Shown here: positions 1 to 11,413 of the stretch, in pieces
How the letters are laid out: each line of letters begins with the position of its first letter
How positions within the stretch are numbered: position 1 is the first letter of the stretch
Origin: Chiloscyllium plagiosum
Lineage: Eukaryota
Direction of reading: 5' to 3'
DNA: 64,000 nucleotides
Assembly: GCF_004010195.1 (NCBI RefSeq)
Contig: NC_057718.1
Location: forward strand, 53,429,413-53,493,412
The notes under the pieces: model-generated
The model's database searches: none
What the model saw: the letters and a program-made list of their open reading frames with translations, nothing else
Told to the model about the DNA's origin: nothing
Position numbers and translations under genes: made by a program

Positions 1-482
1 TTCCATAGATGGGAGATGGGTCGAAGGCAGAGTTTCAATGTGAAATCAGGATATCCAGATATTTCTGTAGGCTGTTCTCTGTTAACTTCACTGTGTGATT
101 CCTTTATTTCTCTTTCACAGGTCTTCTGCTCACAACTCAGCCGTTTTGACCAATGATGAGGAGTGCCCCAGGGCAAACTGCAGCTTCAAATAGAGAGTCT
201 GGAGGTGCGACTCACAGTGTAGAGATAGCTGCAATTTCCAAATCTGGGTCAGTCGATCTTAACCACCAGCCAGCTCTGATTCGTTTCTCCAAGTGGGATA
301 TATTTCCAACTGCAGGGAAATTTCCAACTCCCGAGGTGTCCAATCTTTTGTCCTTTGGCAAAATTGGGGAAAGTGTTGTGGGGAACATTCAAGACAAATG
401 AAACTTGCAAAAATCAGTGGGATGTATCTCTGTTGCCTCAGCTGCCCACAGGTAGAACTGTAAAGGCTATTTTCTCTACATG

Positions 483-590
483 GCTCTTGGCATTCAGTGA
501 TACTGTCCCTACCTCGGGACCAGAGATCCAGGTTCAAGTTTCACCTGCTCCAGAGCTGTCATAACTAGATAGAACAAGTTGATTTTAAAG
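483..590 (+). mobile_element. Short tRNA-derived SINE-like fragment
   Basis: B-box-like GGTTCAAGT followed by CCTGCTCCAGAG. Related copies lie at ~11722-11811 (+), ~56917-57030 (-) and ~57160-57236 (-). Confidence 0.5.
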
Positions 591-789
591 TTTGAACTTT
601 TTTTCTTAACCTGTCCTCACTTCCCCCCACCCCCCTTCAGGGTTGAACCAGTCCCATTCCACAAAATCTGAACATCATACTTGACCCCATTTTGGGAGTT
701 AAACCTGGCTATCACAATGTAAAAATGCACAAGTTGATCACAGCTAAAACAATATTACAATCTAATTTCCTTTGATATGCCTTTCTTTA

Positions 790-1012
790 CCTTATCTTCA
801 AGAATGTTTATAATCACCAGAAACACAAGTTCTAGTTTCTTCCAGGAGAACATGAGTTGTTCTAGTTTTGTTCTTGATTTCTTTAAGTAATCTTCAAGCG
901 ATAACCTCTGCCTGCACTTGTGTGTCTATCTGTGTGAAGAAAATCACCATACAAATGCAGCAATTAAAGTGTGAAAACTGAAGAAAATTAGTATTAGAAA
1001 TGCAATCTCAAA
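790..1012. repeat. Copy 1 of a local ~220-bp direct duplication
   Basis: CCTTATCTTCAAGAA...GTTCTAGTTTCTT...CAAATGCAGCAATTAAA matches 3695-3881. The continuation GTGTGAAAACTGAAG...GAAATGCAATCTCAAAAA matches 5228-5273. Confidence 0.85.
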
Positions 1013-1242
1013 AATTTTAACACATAATCTAAGTCTTTACCTAGATGAAGAAAAAACCTGGACATTTCATTGAGCATCAGAAAGACATTTGAGATAAAGA
1101 TGTGGCAAATACACACAGGGTACTATCAAATTTGTTCTCAGAAATCTATACAATGAATGACAAAAATCCCTTTTCCAGAACTACAGATAGCAGTGAAACA
1201 TCTAAAGAATTGGCCTTTTTGAGCAAGTTAGTCATGATGTTA

Positions 1243-1392
1243 GGATAGCATCGTGATGCAGTGGTTAGTGTTGTGACTTCACAAGGCTGCGGACCTGGGT
1301 TTGATCCTAGCCTTGGGTGACTTTGTGTGTTTGCAAGTTCTTCCCATGTTTGCATGAGTTTTCTCTGGTTTCCTCCCACAGTCCAAAGATGT
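1243..1392 (+). mobile_element. HE1-type SINE, 5' part
   Basis: A-box GCAGTGGTTAG, B-box-like GGGTTTGATCC, then GGTTTCCTCCCACAGTCCAAAGATGT shared with the other copies. Confidence 0.75.
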
Positions 1393-2470
1393 TTGATTTT
1401 GATTCATTATTGTCGCTTGTACCTAATACAATGAAAAGTTTTGTTTTGTGGGCAGTACAGGCAGATCATAACATACAAGGACATCTCGATCTAGGGTGTT
1501 TAGGCAAAGTGAGGCATACAAGGTTACAGCTGCATGGGAGGTGCACAAAAGCAAGATCAACATTAGGTTTGAAATCAGAGAGTGCCATTCAGCAGTCTAA
1601 TAACGGAGGGAAGAAGCTGTACTTGAACTTGTTGGTACATGTGTTTATGCTTCTGTATCTTCTGCTTGATGGAAGGTGTTAGAAGAAAGTATTACCAGGA
1701 TGGAAGGTGTCCTGTTGGTAGCCTTTCTGTGGCAACAAGTGTAGATGGAGTCTATGGATGGGAGGTTGGCTTTCGTCATGGTCTGGGCTGTGCACACCAC
1801 ACTCTGCAGTTTCTTATGGTACTGCATAGGACAGTTGTTGTATCAATGGTGCATCTGTAAAAGTTGGTGAGGGTCCTTATGGACATGCCAAATTTCCTAA
1901 GCCTTTAAGAGTCATAGAATCATAGAGATGTACAGCATGGAAACAGACCCTTCGGTCCAACCCATCCATGCCAACCAGATATCCCAACCCAATCTAGTCC
2001 CACCTGCCAGCACCCAGTCCATATCCCTCCAAACCCTTCCTATTCATATACCCATCCAAATGCCTTTTAAATGTTGCAATTGTACCAGCCTCCACCACTT
2101 CCTCTGGCAGCTCATTCCATACACGTACTTGCCTTCTTGACCATTCATTTGTGTGGGACGATCCAAGGCAAAGCATTTCTAGAAATTTAACACTCTCCAC
2201 CTCAGCTCTGTTAATATAGATAGCGGCATATCCACCTCCTTTCTTCCTGAAGTCGATGATCAGTTATTTAGTTTTGCTGACTTTGAGAGAGAGAGAGGTT
2301 GGTATCATTGCACAACAACACCAAGCACTATATCTCTTTCTTGTATTCTGAATTATCATTATTTGATACTCGCCCTAGAATGCTGGTGTTGTCAGCAAAC
2401 TTGGAGATGGCATTTGTATGAAATTTGGCTACATAGGTGTGAGTGTACAGGGGGTACAGTAGGGGGCTGC
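1393..2470 (-). mobile_element. Rex1/Babar-clade LINE 3' fragment (degenerate RT and C-terminus)
   Basis: Minus-strand peptides SPLLYPLYTH...KFADNTSILG, LRKFGMSIRTLTNFYRCTID and KKLQSVVCTAQ...LPSIDSIYT are typical of Rex1. Tail ACAATAATGAATCAAAATCAA. Interrupted by a CR1 at 1908-2128. Confidence 0.8.
1908..2128 (-). mobile_element. CR1/HER1-like LINE 3' end nested in Rex1
   Basis: Peptide VRVWNELPEEVVEAGTIATFKRHLDGYMNRKG and a CTATGA-type tail repeat. Confidence 0.9.
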
Positions 2471-2878
2471 CATAATGATAATTATGAAGGGGAACAACTG
2501 TATTTTTAAGGGGCTAATATAGTAAAGCATAGATGGGAACTGAGTAATGCAGCAGTGGGATTAAAGGAACCACAATTATCATACTCACACCAAAACCGAG
2601 GGCAGAGTGTGTTAGTTGGCCAATGCAAGTTCATGTAGATGGGTTGGCAGGGATCACGGGCAGGTGCGAATCTTATGGGGTTTGCTAACAGGACTATCAG
2701 GAAAGGGTTCTGGAGTATTGACTCTCACTGACATATTGAACTGGAGGCCAGAAACCACTGTTACCCTCCATTCAGCTGGAAATCAATATGAGGCAAGTGG
2801 AAAGAAAATGGCTGTGAACAGACCTGGAGACAGCAAGGTATGTGTCTCAACCTGTGACAGAGGGGCTGATGTGAAACA

Positions 2879-3230
2879 GGGCAGCATGGTGGCTCAGTGG
2901 TTAGCACTGCTACCTCACAGCACCAGGGACTCAGGTTCAATTCCAGCCTCGGTGACGATCCGTGTGGAGTTTGCACCTTCTCCCCGTGTCTGCTTGGGGT
3001 TCCTCTGGGTTCTCCAGTTTTCTGCCACAATCCAAAGATGTGCAGGTTAGGTGAATTGACCATGCTAAATTGCCCATAGTGTTCAGGGATGTGTAGGTTA
3101 GGTGCATTAATCAGGGGTAAATGTAAAGTAATTGGGTAGGGGAGTGAGTCTGGGTGGGAAACTCTTTGGAGGGTCAATGTGGACTTGTTGGGCCAAATAG
3201 CCTGTTTCCACACTGTAGGGATTCTATGAT
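2879..3230 (+). mobile_element. HE1-type SINE, full length
   Basis: TGGCTCAGTGGTTAG A-box, GGTTCAATTCC B-box, conserved centre, and a CR1-like tail ending GGGATTCTATGA. Confidence 0.9.
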
Positions 3231-3881
3231 ATCTTTTGAAGATAAGATCATTAAACACAGAGTCATGTAGTGTACAGCACACAGATCTGCAGGATCCCTA
3301 GATCCTGGTCAACCTAATCAATTGGCTCACTGTGTGCTGTACAACTCCATGTCCCAAACACTGCTGATCACTTCATTCGATACTAAAAAAGAGGCCAGGG
3401 CAAAATTCAGATGTTTTCTGCGAGATGCAATGATGCCAGCAAAACCCATAGCACTATATGAACCTTCTTCTTGCTTCCTCATGGTGTTGCAGGCTCTCAA
3501 CACAGCCACTGATCCATGCCACATCCGATACAGATGTGAAGTTAGGCATCATGCTGGTAGAGTTCCATTCGGGGTTACATAAACACTTAAATGAGCAGAT
3601 GTATTACAAAAACATTAATGCTTACAGAAACGTGGAACAGTGCCTTACCATACACACCACTAATGTGTCCAGAAAAGAATTATTTTCTTTCCCTCCTTAT
3701 CTTCAAGAAAATATATAATCACCAGAACTTCTCAAACACGAGTTCTAGTTTCTTCTAGAAGAACATGAGTTGTTCTAGTTTTGATCTTGATTTCTTTGTG
3801 TAATCTTCAAGCCACAGCCTCTGCCTGAACTTTTGTGTTTGTCCATGAGAAGAAAATCACCACACAAATGCAGCAATTAAA

Positions 3882-5220
3882 ATAGTGATGGAAAAGGATA
3901 GACCAGATCTAAAATTTGAAGTTCTAAATTGGAGAAAGGCCAATTTTGACGGTATTAGGCAAGAACTTTCGAAAGTTGATTGGAGGCAGATGTTCGCAGG
4001 TAAAGGAACGGCTGAAAAATGGGAAGCCTCCAGAAATGAGATAACAAGAATCCAGAGAAAATATATTCCTGTCAGGGTGAAAGGGAAGGCTGGTAGGTAT
4101 AGGGAATGCTGGATGACTAAAGAAATTGAGGGGTTGGTTAAGAAAAAGAAGGAAGCATATGTCAGGTATAGACAGGATAGATCGAGTGAATCCTTAGAAG
4201 AGTATAAAGGAAGTAGGAGTATACTTAAGAGGGAAATCAGGAGGGNNNNNNNNNNNNNNNNNNNNNNNNNNNNNNNNNNNNNNNNNNNNNNNNNNNNNNN
4301 NNNNNNNNNNNNNNNNNNNNNNNNNNNNNNNNNNNNNNNNNNNNNNNNNNNNNNNNNNNNNNNNNNNNNNNNNNNNNNNNNNNNNNNNNNNNNNNNNNNN
4401 NNNNNNNNNNNNNNNNNNNNNNNNNNNNNNNNNNNNNNNNNNNNNNNNNNNNNNNNNNNNNNNNNNNNNNNNNNNNNNNNNNNNNNNNNNNNNNNNNNNN
4501 NNNNNNNNNNNNNNNNNNNNNNNNNNNNNNNNNNNNNNNNNNNNNNNNNNNNNNNNNNNNNNNNNNNNNNNNNNNNNNNNNNNNNNNNNNNNNNNNNNNN
4601 NNNNNNNNNNNNNNNNNNNNNNNNNNNNNNNNNNNNNNNNNNNNNNNNNNNNNNNNNNNNNNNNNNNNNNNNNNNNNNNNNNNNNNNNNNNNNNNNNNNN
4701 NNNNNNNNNNNNNNNNNNNNNNNNNNNNNNNNNNNNNNNNNNNNNNNNNNNNNNNNNNNNNNNNNNNNNNNNNNNNNNNNNNNNNNNNNNNNNNNNNNNN
4801 NNNNNNNNNNNNNNNNNNNNNNNNNNNNNNNNNNNNNNNNNNNNNNNNNNNNNGAGCATAAGAGGTACAGTTAGTAAGTTTGCAGATGACACCAAAATTG
4901 GAGGTGTAGTGGACAGTGAAGAAGGTTACCTCAGATTACAACAGGATCTGGACCAGGTGGGCCAATGGGCTGAGAAGTGGCAGATGGAGTTTAATTCTGA
5001 TAAATGCAAGGTGCTGCATTTTGGGAAAGCAAATCTTAACAGAACTTATACACTTAATGGTAAGGTCCTAGGGAGTGTATATGAATAGGAAGGGTTTGGA
5101 GGGATATGGGCCAGGTGCTGGCAGGTGGGACTATATTGGGTTGAGATATCTGGTCGGCATGAACGGGTTGGACCAAAGGGTCTGTTTCCATGCTGTACAT
5201 CTCTCTGACTCTATGACTCT
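3882..5220 (+). mobile_element. CR1/HER1-like LINE, 5'-truncated, internally deleted, spans assembly gap
   Basis: ORF2 linker LNWRKANFDGIRQEL before the gap. After it, RT motif SKFADDTKIGG...QWAEKWQMEFN, a jump at ~5078 to the 3' end, and tail CTCTATGACTCT. Confidence 0.9.
4246..4853. other. Assembly gap (608 N)
   Basis: Run of N. The ORFs spanning it are artefacts. Confidence 1.
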
Positions 5221-5525
5221 AAATAAAGTGTTAAAACTGAAGGACATTAATATTGGAAATGCAATCTCAAAAATACAGTATTTCAGTATTGTCTCAAGTT
5301 CCACAACTGGAGTAGAGGGGCCTGCTCATCTGTGATGTCCAGGGCATTCCTCCTCCAGCTCTCTCCTTGTAAGGATGGCGCACCTGGTTTGAGCATTAAG
5401 CTTCCCAACCCCCTATCCCAATGCTGAGATCCAGTGGTTGAGGCGACACAATGTAGGTCTGTGGACATCTTCATCAGATCTTGAGGATGCTGGATCTGGC
5501 TGTCCATGGCAGTTGCCAACCTATC

Positions 5526-6180
5526 AAGGTCAACTTGCAGAGGGTTGAGTCAGTAATTAGGAAAGCAAATGCAACAATGGCATTTATTTTGAAAGGACTT
5601 GAATATAAAAGCAGTGATGTACTTCTGAGGCTCTATAGTGCTCTGGTCAGACCACATTTGGAGTACTGTGTGCCATTTGGGCCCCATTTCTCAGGCAATA
5701 TATGCAGGCCCTGTAGTGGGTTCAGAAGAGGTTCACGAGATTGACCCAGGAATGAAAAACTCAACATATGAGGAATGTTTGAGGACTCTGGGTCCAGACT
5801 CAATGGGGTTTAGAAGGATGAGGGTGGGATTTAATTGAAACTTACAGTATACTGAATGGCCTGGATAGAGTGGACGTTGACAAGATGTTTCCATTGGTAG
5901 GAGAGACTTAGAGTAAAGGGAAGACCTTTTTAAATGGAGATAAGGAGGAACTTCTTCAGCCAGAGAGTGGTGAATCTATGGAATTTATTGCCACAGAAGG
6001 CCATGGAGGCCAGGTCATTGAGTATACTTAAGACAGAGATAGATAGGTTCTTGATTATCAAGGGTTATGGGAAGAAAGTGGGAGAATGGGTCTGAGACAC
6101 ATATCAGCCATGATTGAATGGCACAGCAGACTTGATGGGTTGAATGGCCTAATTTTTGCTCCTATGTCTTATGGTCTATG
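5526..6180 (+). mobile_element. CR1 LINE 3' fragment (second subfamily)
   Basis: Peptide KANATMAFILKGLEYKSSDVLLRLYSALVRPHLEYCV and tail CCTATGTCTTATGGTCTATG. Confidence 0.9.
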
Positions 6181-7269
6181 GGGCAGACAGGTGATAGCAT
6201 TTTTGAGGCAGTTTGGTCCCCATAACATAGCTGTACACCAGCAGCCTCCAGGCCATTGCCTCTCACATGCCTGTCTGCTGCTCCTGTTTCTCCTTGTGCG
6301 TGCTGATAAAGTCCCTGATTTCCGACATCACAGGGTCCTGTCCTGCCTGGGACTGCAAAGGCATCTGGTCTCTAGCAGACCTCTGAGTGCCAGCAATCTG
6401 TGTAATTTCTTACTCAGCTAGCTGTGGAGCTGTCACAGTGGGATGTTCACCAGATTGTGCTCCCAAACTTTCTAACCCTTACCCTTCCCACTGAGGTGTC
6501 AGTATCTGAGCTGGTGGCCTGTACATGAGGCAGGCCAGCCTTGCTGCTGTTTCCTCTGATGCCTCCTTCTGGCCAAGCGGCCCATTTCTGTTGAGGAACC
6601 ACGGCCATCCTGCTGCATCCTGCAAAACACAACAGGGAGAACACATCGTACTCAGGTTGGTGTGCAATGAGTAACACAGACAGCAGGGGTTACTGTGAGA
6701 GCTGTGGTAGAATGAAGCATGATATTTACTCAGTTGGCAGGACTTGCATTTCTCAACAAGCCTATAGGAGCAGTCTTGGCCTCCCTTTGCAAGGGACAGA
6801 ATCTTCGTGGATTAGGAGCCTGATGTTGTGCACCAGTCTTGGCTCTTTCCATTCTGTTGTGGCCTGTTTTGTACTGTAATTGGAGAAAGGGAGGAACTTA
6901 ATGAGATAAAAGTAGGTGGCACAGCTGTTACCACTAATGCAAGTGGGGAAAAGATGGTGATAGAGGGTGGTGCATATATGGAAGGAGCTGCCAGAAGAAG
7001 TGGAGGAAGTGGATACAATTACAACATTTAAAAGAGATTTGGATATTTCTGTGCTGTATGAATCTATGACTCTGTCGGTGCCCCAGATGATTGGGTAGTG
7101 AAGAGGACATGAAGAGTTAGTTGTGCAGAGGACTGGAGAGGGATGAGAGTGAGGGACAGTATTGTATGCAATAGTGAGAGTGGTAGAGTATGAGCTTTGA
7201 ATGCAGCTGGCTGCAGTTACAGAGCTAGAGTGAATATGAGGTAGCAGAGAGATGGGTGTGGGCACTTAT

Positions 7270-7485
7270 TCAGGTGGAGCAGCAAAGGTCATTGACCTTT
7301 TAACAGCAGTATAGGGACCGCAGTGATCCTGGTGACAACTTCAGACCACGTTGTTCGGGTCTGGTGGCATGGTCTCCCTATTGGTCTTCGAAGTAGCAGA
7401 CAGCTTTCCTCTGGACCACCCCATTCACCAGGAGCTCCAGGTCCCTGTTGAAGAATTGTGATGCTATTTTCCTCTTCTCAGACAT
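7270..7485 (-). pseudogene. Degenerate Myb/SANT-like DNA-binding ORF of a Harbinger transposon (remnant probably spans ~5296-7820)
   Basis: MSEKRKIASQFFNRDLELLVNGVVQRKAV...KVNDL resembles the Harbinger accessory-protein pattern. A downstream piece reads ATSSDTDTSVG. Contains stops and frameshifts. Confidence 0.65.
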
Positions 7486-8444
7486 ATTCAGAAAGGCTGC
7501 CCTTTGATGTGCATGGCAACTTTGCAATGCCAAAGCCTTTCCAGATGTGCAGCAGCTTTCTGAAGATGGTGTAAGCACAGAGACGCCGGTCTTCCGATGG
7601 ATACCCGGTGGATAGCCAATGAGTGGCAAGTTCTTCCGAGAATGGGAGATGACAGGACAAAGCTACAGTCAGGTAAATGTGGTGCCTTGGATTCTGGGTA
7701 GTCAGGTAAGTGAGGCGAGTTTGATAACATACAGCAAGATAACTCATTGGGCTTTACTGGGGGGGGGGGGGCGGAGGACAAAATTGGCACTTAGCCAAAA
7801 TAATGTAAACATTTAGCCCTCTGAATATGTACTCAGATTGTAAGTATATTATTTCATAAAATATTTGTAAATTCTGTTGAATTTTAGGTTGATTTGAATA
7901 TTTCACATTTGTTTCTGGGGAAGTTTAACTATCCTAGATGCCTTCTTCCAGCTATATTTGAAAGCTATACTATTACAGTAAAAAGTCTTACATTACATTT
8001 CTTTCTCAGCGTTTGGCAATAGTTTTCATTATCTATAAGTGGATTCATCACCACATCAGGTATCTTAAGACAAGTTGACTATTTGCATTATCCTTAATTA
8101 TATTAATATTGTAACCATTCCTATATTATGGCCCAGGAATGCTTCTTAAATTAAATTATCATTAGATAATCAGCACAAAGTTATAGACTCTCTTTTAATG
8201 CCTTGAAAACCTCATTCACAAAGCAATAAATAAAACCATTCCAGAATTAACAAGTTGGGTGAGCAGATTATAATTTACAGTGATGTTTTTTTCTTTCCTT
8301 TTCAGATTCATATCACCTAGTACAATTAGTCGTTGTCTAACATATCAGGTTTTGTTTCGAAGATACCGTGCTGTCCTGATCAAGAAAACTGCAGATTCAT
8401 TGAATTTCCAAAAATAATTGTTTTATTACACTCCCTGTCAGGTT

Positions 8445-8589
8445 TCATTTGTGCCTTTTCCATAGGTTTACCAACAATGTAGGTGTCTCAGGAGAGACTA
8501 TATCATTACTTATAAATTGGCTTACTCCATCTACTTTACAGGGAATTGCACCTCTCTTTAGAGACACTGATGAATTGTTATTTGCAAAC
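8445..8589 (-). CDS. Candidate terminal coding exon of an unidentified gene
   Basis: Acceptor ttgtttcag|G, then FANNNSSVSLKRGAIPCKVDGVSQFISNDIVSPETPTLLVNLWKRHK*. AATAAA lies at 8427-8422 on the minus strand. Confidence 0.3.
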
Positions 8590-8794
8590 CTGAAACAAGT
8601 AGCACTTTTAAACTCCTTAACTGTTCTTCCATCCTCACTATGTAGTGAATTATGATAACACTTTAAACAATTTATTTTACATTTTGTAAAGTTGGTCCAA
8701 TAAACAAGTCTGCACTGACACATGCATCATAACACAAAGAGTTTATACTGGTCGCAAGAATCTAAGTATTTAAGACGGTGATGGATGAGAGTTT

Positions 8795-9611
8795 CTGAGC
8801 CCAGGACTTGTCTGCTCCATCTGCTTTTCTTTTCATTTGTTTTTTCTCTCTATTTTCTCTTTTTTCTCTTTTTTCCCTGCTACTTGTTGAAGGGCTCGGT
8901 CATGGTGATGGCATCAGTGGTGGCAAGTGGGCCCAGCAACGTGCTCTCGAGTAGGCCAAGCAGGGCAGGCTCAAGTAGACCCAGGAGCGTGGGCTTGAGC
9001 AGTCTGAGCAGCACAGGTTTGAGTAGGCCCAGCAGCTTGGACACATGGCAGATGTGCCGGAATCGAGTTTGGGTTCCAAGCAGCTTCTGCATCTTGAAGT
9101 GGTCCTAACGCTGACTCATATCTGCTGCATCATAGGCCAGTTGGGGTTCCCAGCAGAGACTGCATCTGGCACAGATTCATGGAGGCAGCAGCAGAGGTGG
9201 GTTTGGGCACAGTACTAGACCTGATGGACATTAGCAGAGGCTTCATTAGTGACATTGGCCTGACATGGCAGCGACACAGTCAAGGTTGGGCCAGTACAGC
9301 ACCCAACGGCATCAATGGCATCTGCATTGGCAAAGTTCATCAATGGCTCAGAGTGGTGAGGCCAACAGTGGAGGCAAGATGGCACCAAAGAGTGGCAACT
9401 TTTCTTTCAGTGGTGCCACAGCCCAATGAAGGGCACTTGTGCTTGGCTATCAGGCCCATCACGGAGCTCTTACCAAAAAGAACTGTAAAGTTGACTACAT
9501 TTTCTGTAATTCTGGTTTATTTTTCTGTGTTTTAAGATGGCACCAGGAGTCACAACACTATATGACAACTTCACTGCATTTTGTAACAAAATACATATGA
9601 TAATAAATAAA
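8795..9611 (+). mobile_element. Non-coding GC-rich interspersed element with a Rex1-like 3' tail
   Basis: Degenerate ~24-bp internal repeats at ~8925-9035 and tail ACATATGATAATAAATAAA, which resumes after the PLE at 10330 (TAAATAAATCAAATCA). Confidence 0.45.
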
Positions 9612-10329
9612 ACAAAGTCAAAAAATGTGGTGCTGGCAAAAGCACAGCATGTCAGGCAGCATCCGAGGAGCAGAAGAGTGGACATTTTGGGCATAAGCCT
9701 TTCATCAGGAATGCGTCAAGGGAAGGGTGCTGAGAGATATATAGCGGGGTGGGGCTGGGGGGAGGGTAGCTTGGAAAGTGAAAGGTGGATGCAGTGGGGT
9801 TAATTGTGATAGTGAGTGGGAAGGATGAAGTGGATAGGTGGGAAGGAAGATGGACAGATCAAGAAGGATGTGCCAAGTTGGAGGGAAGAGGTGGGGGGTT
9901 TAGGATGATTTGGAAACTGGTGAAGCCAATGTTGATGCTGTTTGTTTGTAAGGTTCCTTGGCAGAAGATGAGATATTCTTCCTTCAGTTGGTGGGTGGCT
10001 TTGTTTTGGCAGTGGAAGAGGCACAGGATTTGCATGTCATTGGGGGAAGTGTGAGGGGAAGATGAAGTTGTTGGCCACAAGGCGATGGGTTTGTTTGGTG
10101 CGTGCGTCCCAGAGATTTCCCTGAAACACTCCATGGGTTGACGCTCAGTCTCCCAGATGTAGAGGAGACCATATCAAGAACAATGGATGCAGTAAATGAG
10201 GTGCGAGGATGTGCAGAAAAATCTCTGCTGGATTTGAAATGATCCTTTAGAGACTTGGATGGAGATGAGGGGGGGAGATGTGGGCACAGGTTTTGCAAAT
10301 CATGCAGCGGTAGGGTAAGGTGCCGGGTG
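9612..10329 (-). mobile_element. Penelope-like element 3' fragment: degenerate GIY-YIG endonuclease plus terminal repeat
   Basis: Minus-strand CKTCAH...FCTSSHLIYCIHCS*YGLLYIWETERQ and LKEEYLIFCQGTLQTNSINIGF. The terminus at 9612-9712 is homologous to the hairpin elements. TAAATAAA occurs on both flanks. Confidence 0.9.
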
Positions 10330-11256
10330 TAAATAAATCAAATCAGTTTTAAATCAAATTAAATAATTTCCTTTAGTTAATCTTTACCTTGAGTTTCTTT
10401 TGCAGAGTTGTTTCTGTTACATGTCATTTCAATGACCCTGCTTCTCTCTGATTTGGACAGTTCATTGAATAATGATATTTTGAGCTACACCTAATGCGCC
10501 TATTGACTGTTCCTGTCAATTCCTGATTGGATTCACCTATTATTGCTATTCTAATGCTGTCTTTTATTGCAATAGTAAAATCAGCTAACGGCATGCCCGA
10601 GGAGGAAATGCCAATAAACTTACAAATGACATATATTGCTCTCATGCGTTTTCTATACTTCTAAATGGTACTCCAATGCATCCATTTCCAAGTATTACTG
10701 ATTTTTTGCTTAAATTTCCATTACTTCCTCAACCAGCCTTTTTAACCTTGTCATTACACTGATACCTGTGTACAGTATCTGGACTGTTATGAAATCTGGA
10801 TATCATTGAGTCCTCTATTCATTGTTTAATCACAGAACATTCCTAAAGTTCCAGGAAGGTTGAAAGAATTCCTGTTTCACCATGAATTTATTCATGCCAT
10901 CAAAATGGTGATCAACAAGTTAACTACCTCCATGAGTCAAATAACCAGTGACTGTGAAGTAAAGGGTTAACTATACCCATCCCTAAAAAAATCTACTGAG
11001 ACTGTGTGTAAGGAGCTGGAGATGTCCTCTCTTAACATTCTACAGTTTTAGCTATGTTCAATAAATCCTGTTACTGTTCTCCCACCTGAATGTAGGCCTG
11101 ATCTTGTTATAGTTAGAATTAGCAATCTGCCCACATGAGGTGCCTTAGGAATTTAAATAGCAGCACTGATCCAGGGATCCCCAGCTTTAATTTTTTCAAT
11201 CTTATATACAATCTGTTAAAGCCACAGCATATTTCCTTTCATAAATTTCCTTTCAC

Positions 11257-11413
11257 CTACATCTGTCAAAATCCAACCATGTCTTATAGGCATTGAATAG
11301 GTCATCATATTTTTGAGAATTACATTTAGGAATTCTATTGAAGGTAGAAACATTGATCTCGATCCCGATGACAGATATCCTCTGGTAAGAAAGGACAGTG
11401 TCAAGGCTAAGAC
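11257..11413 (-). CDS. Candidate internal coding exon (157 bp, phase 1 to 2)
   Basis: aatag|GT LSLDTVLSYQRISVIGIEINVSTFNRIPKCNSQKYDDLFNAYKTWLDFDRC AG|gtgaaa. In phase with both neighbouring candidates, but the pyrimidine tract is weak. Confidence 0.27.

Noticed and set aside
2879..2950. tRNA gene (also at 22446 and 43003)
   Set aside because: The A/B boxes belong to SINE heads that continue into the SINE body and a LINE-derived tail.
3885..4895. 329-aa and 233-aa ORFs
   Set aside because: Their length comes from the N gap. The real part is CR1 ORF2.
8306..8655. Plus-strand exon candidates after pyrimidine tracts at 8305 and 8465
   Set aside because: No convincing donors or linked chain and no recognisable protein. 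They remain an alternative to the minus-strand model.
11330..11384. Plus-strand 55-bp exon candidate NSIEGRNIDLDPDDRYPL|gtaaga
   Set aside because: Weak acceptor, no partner exon identified, and it overlaps the minus-strand candidate.
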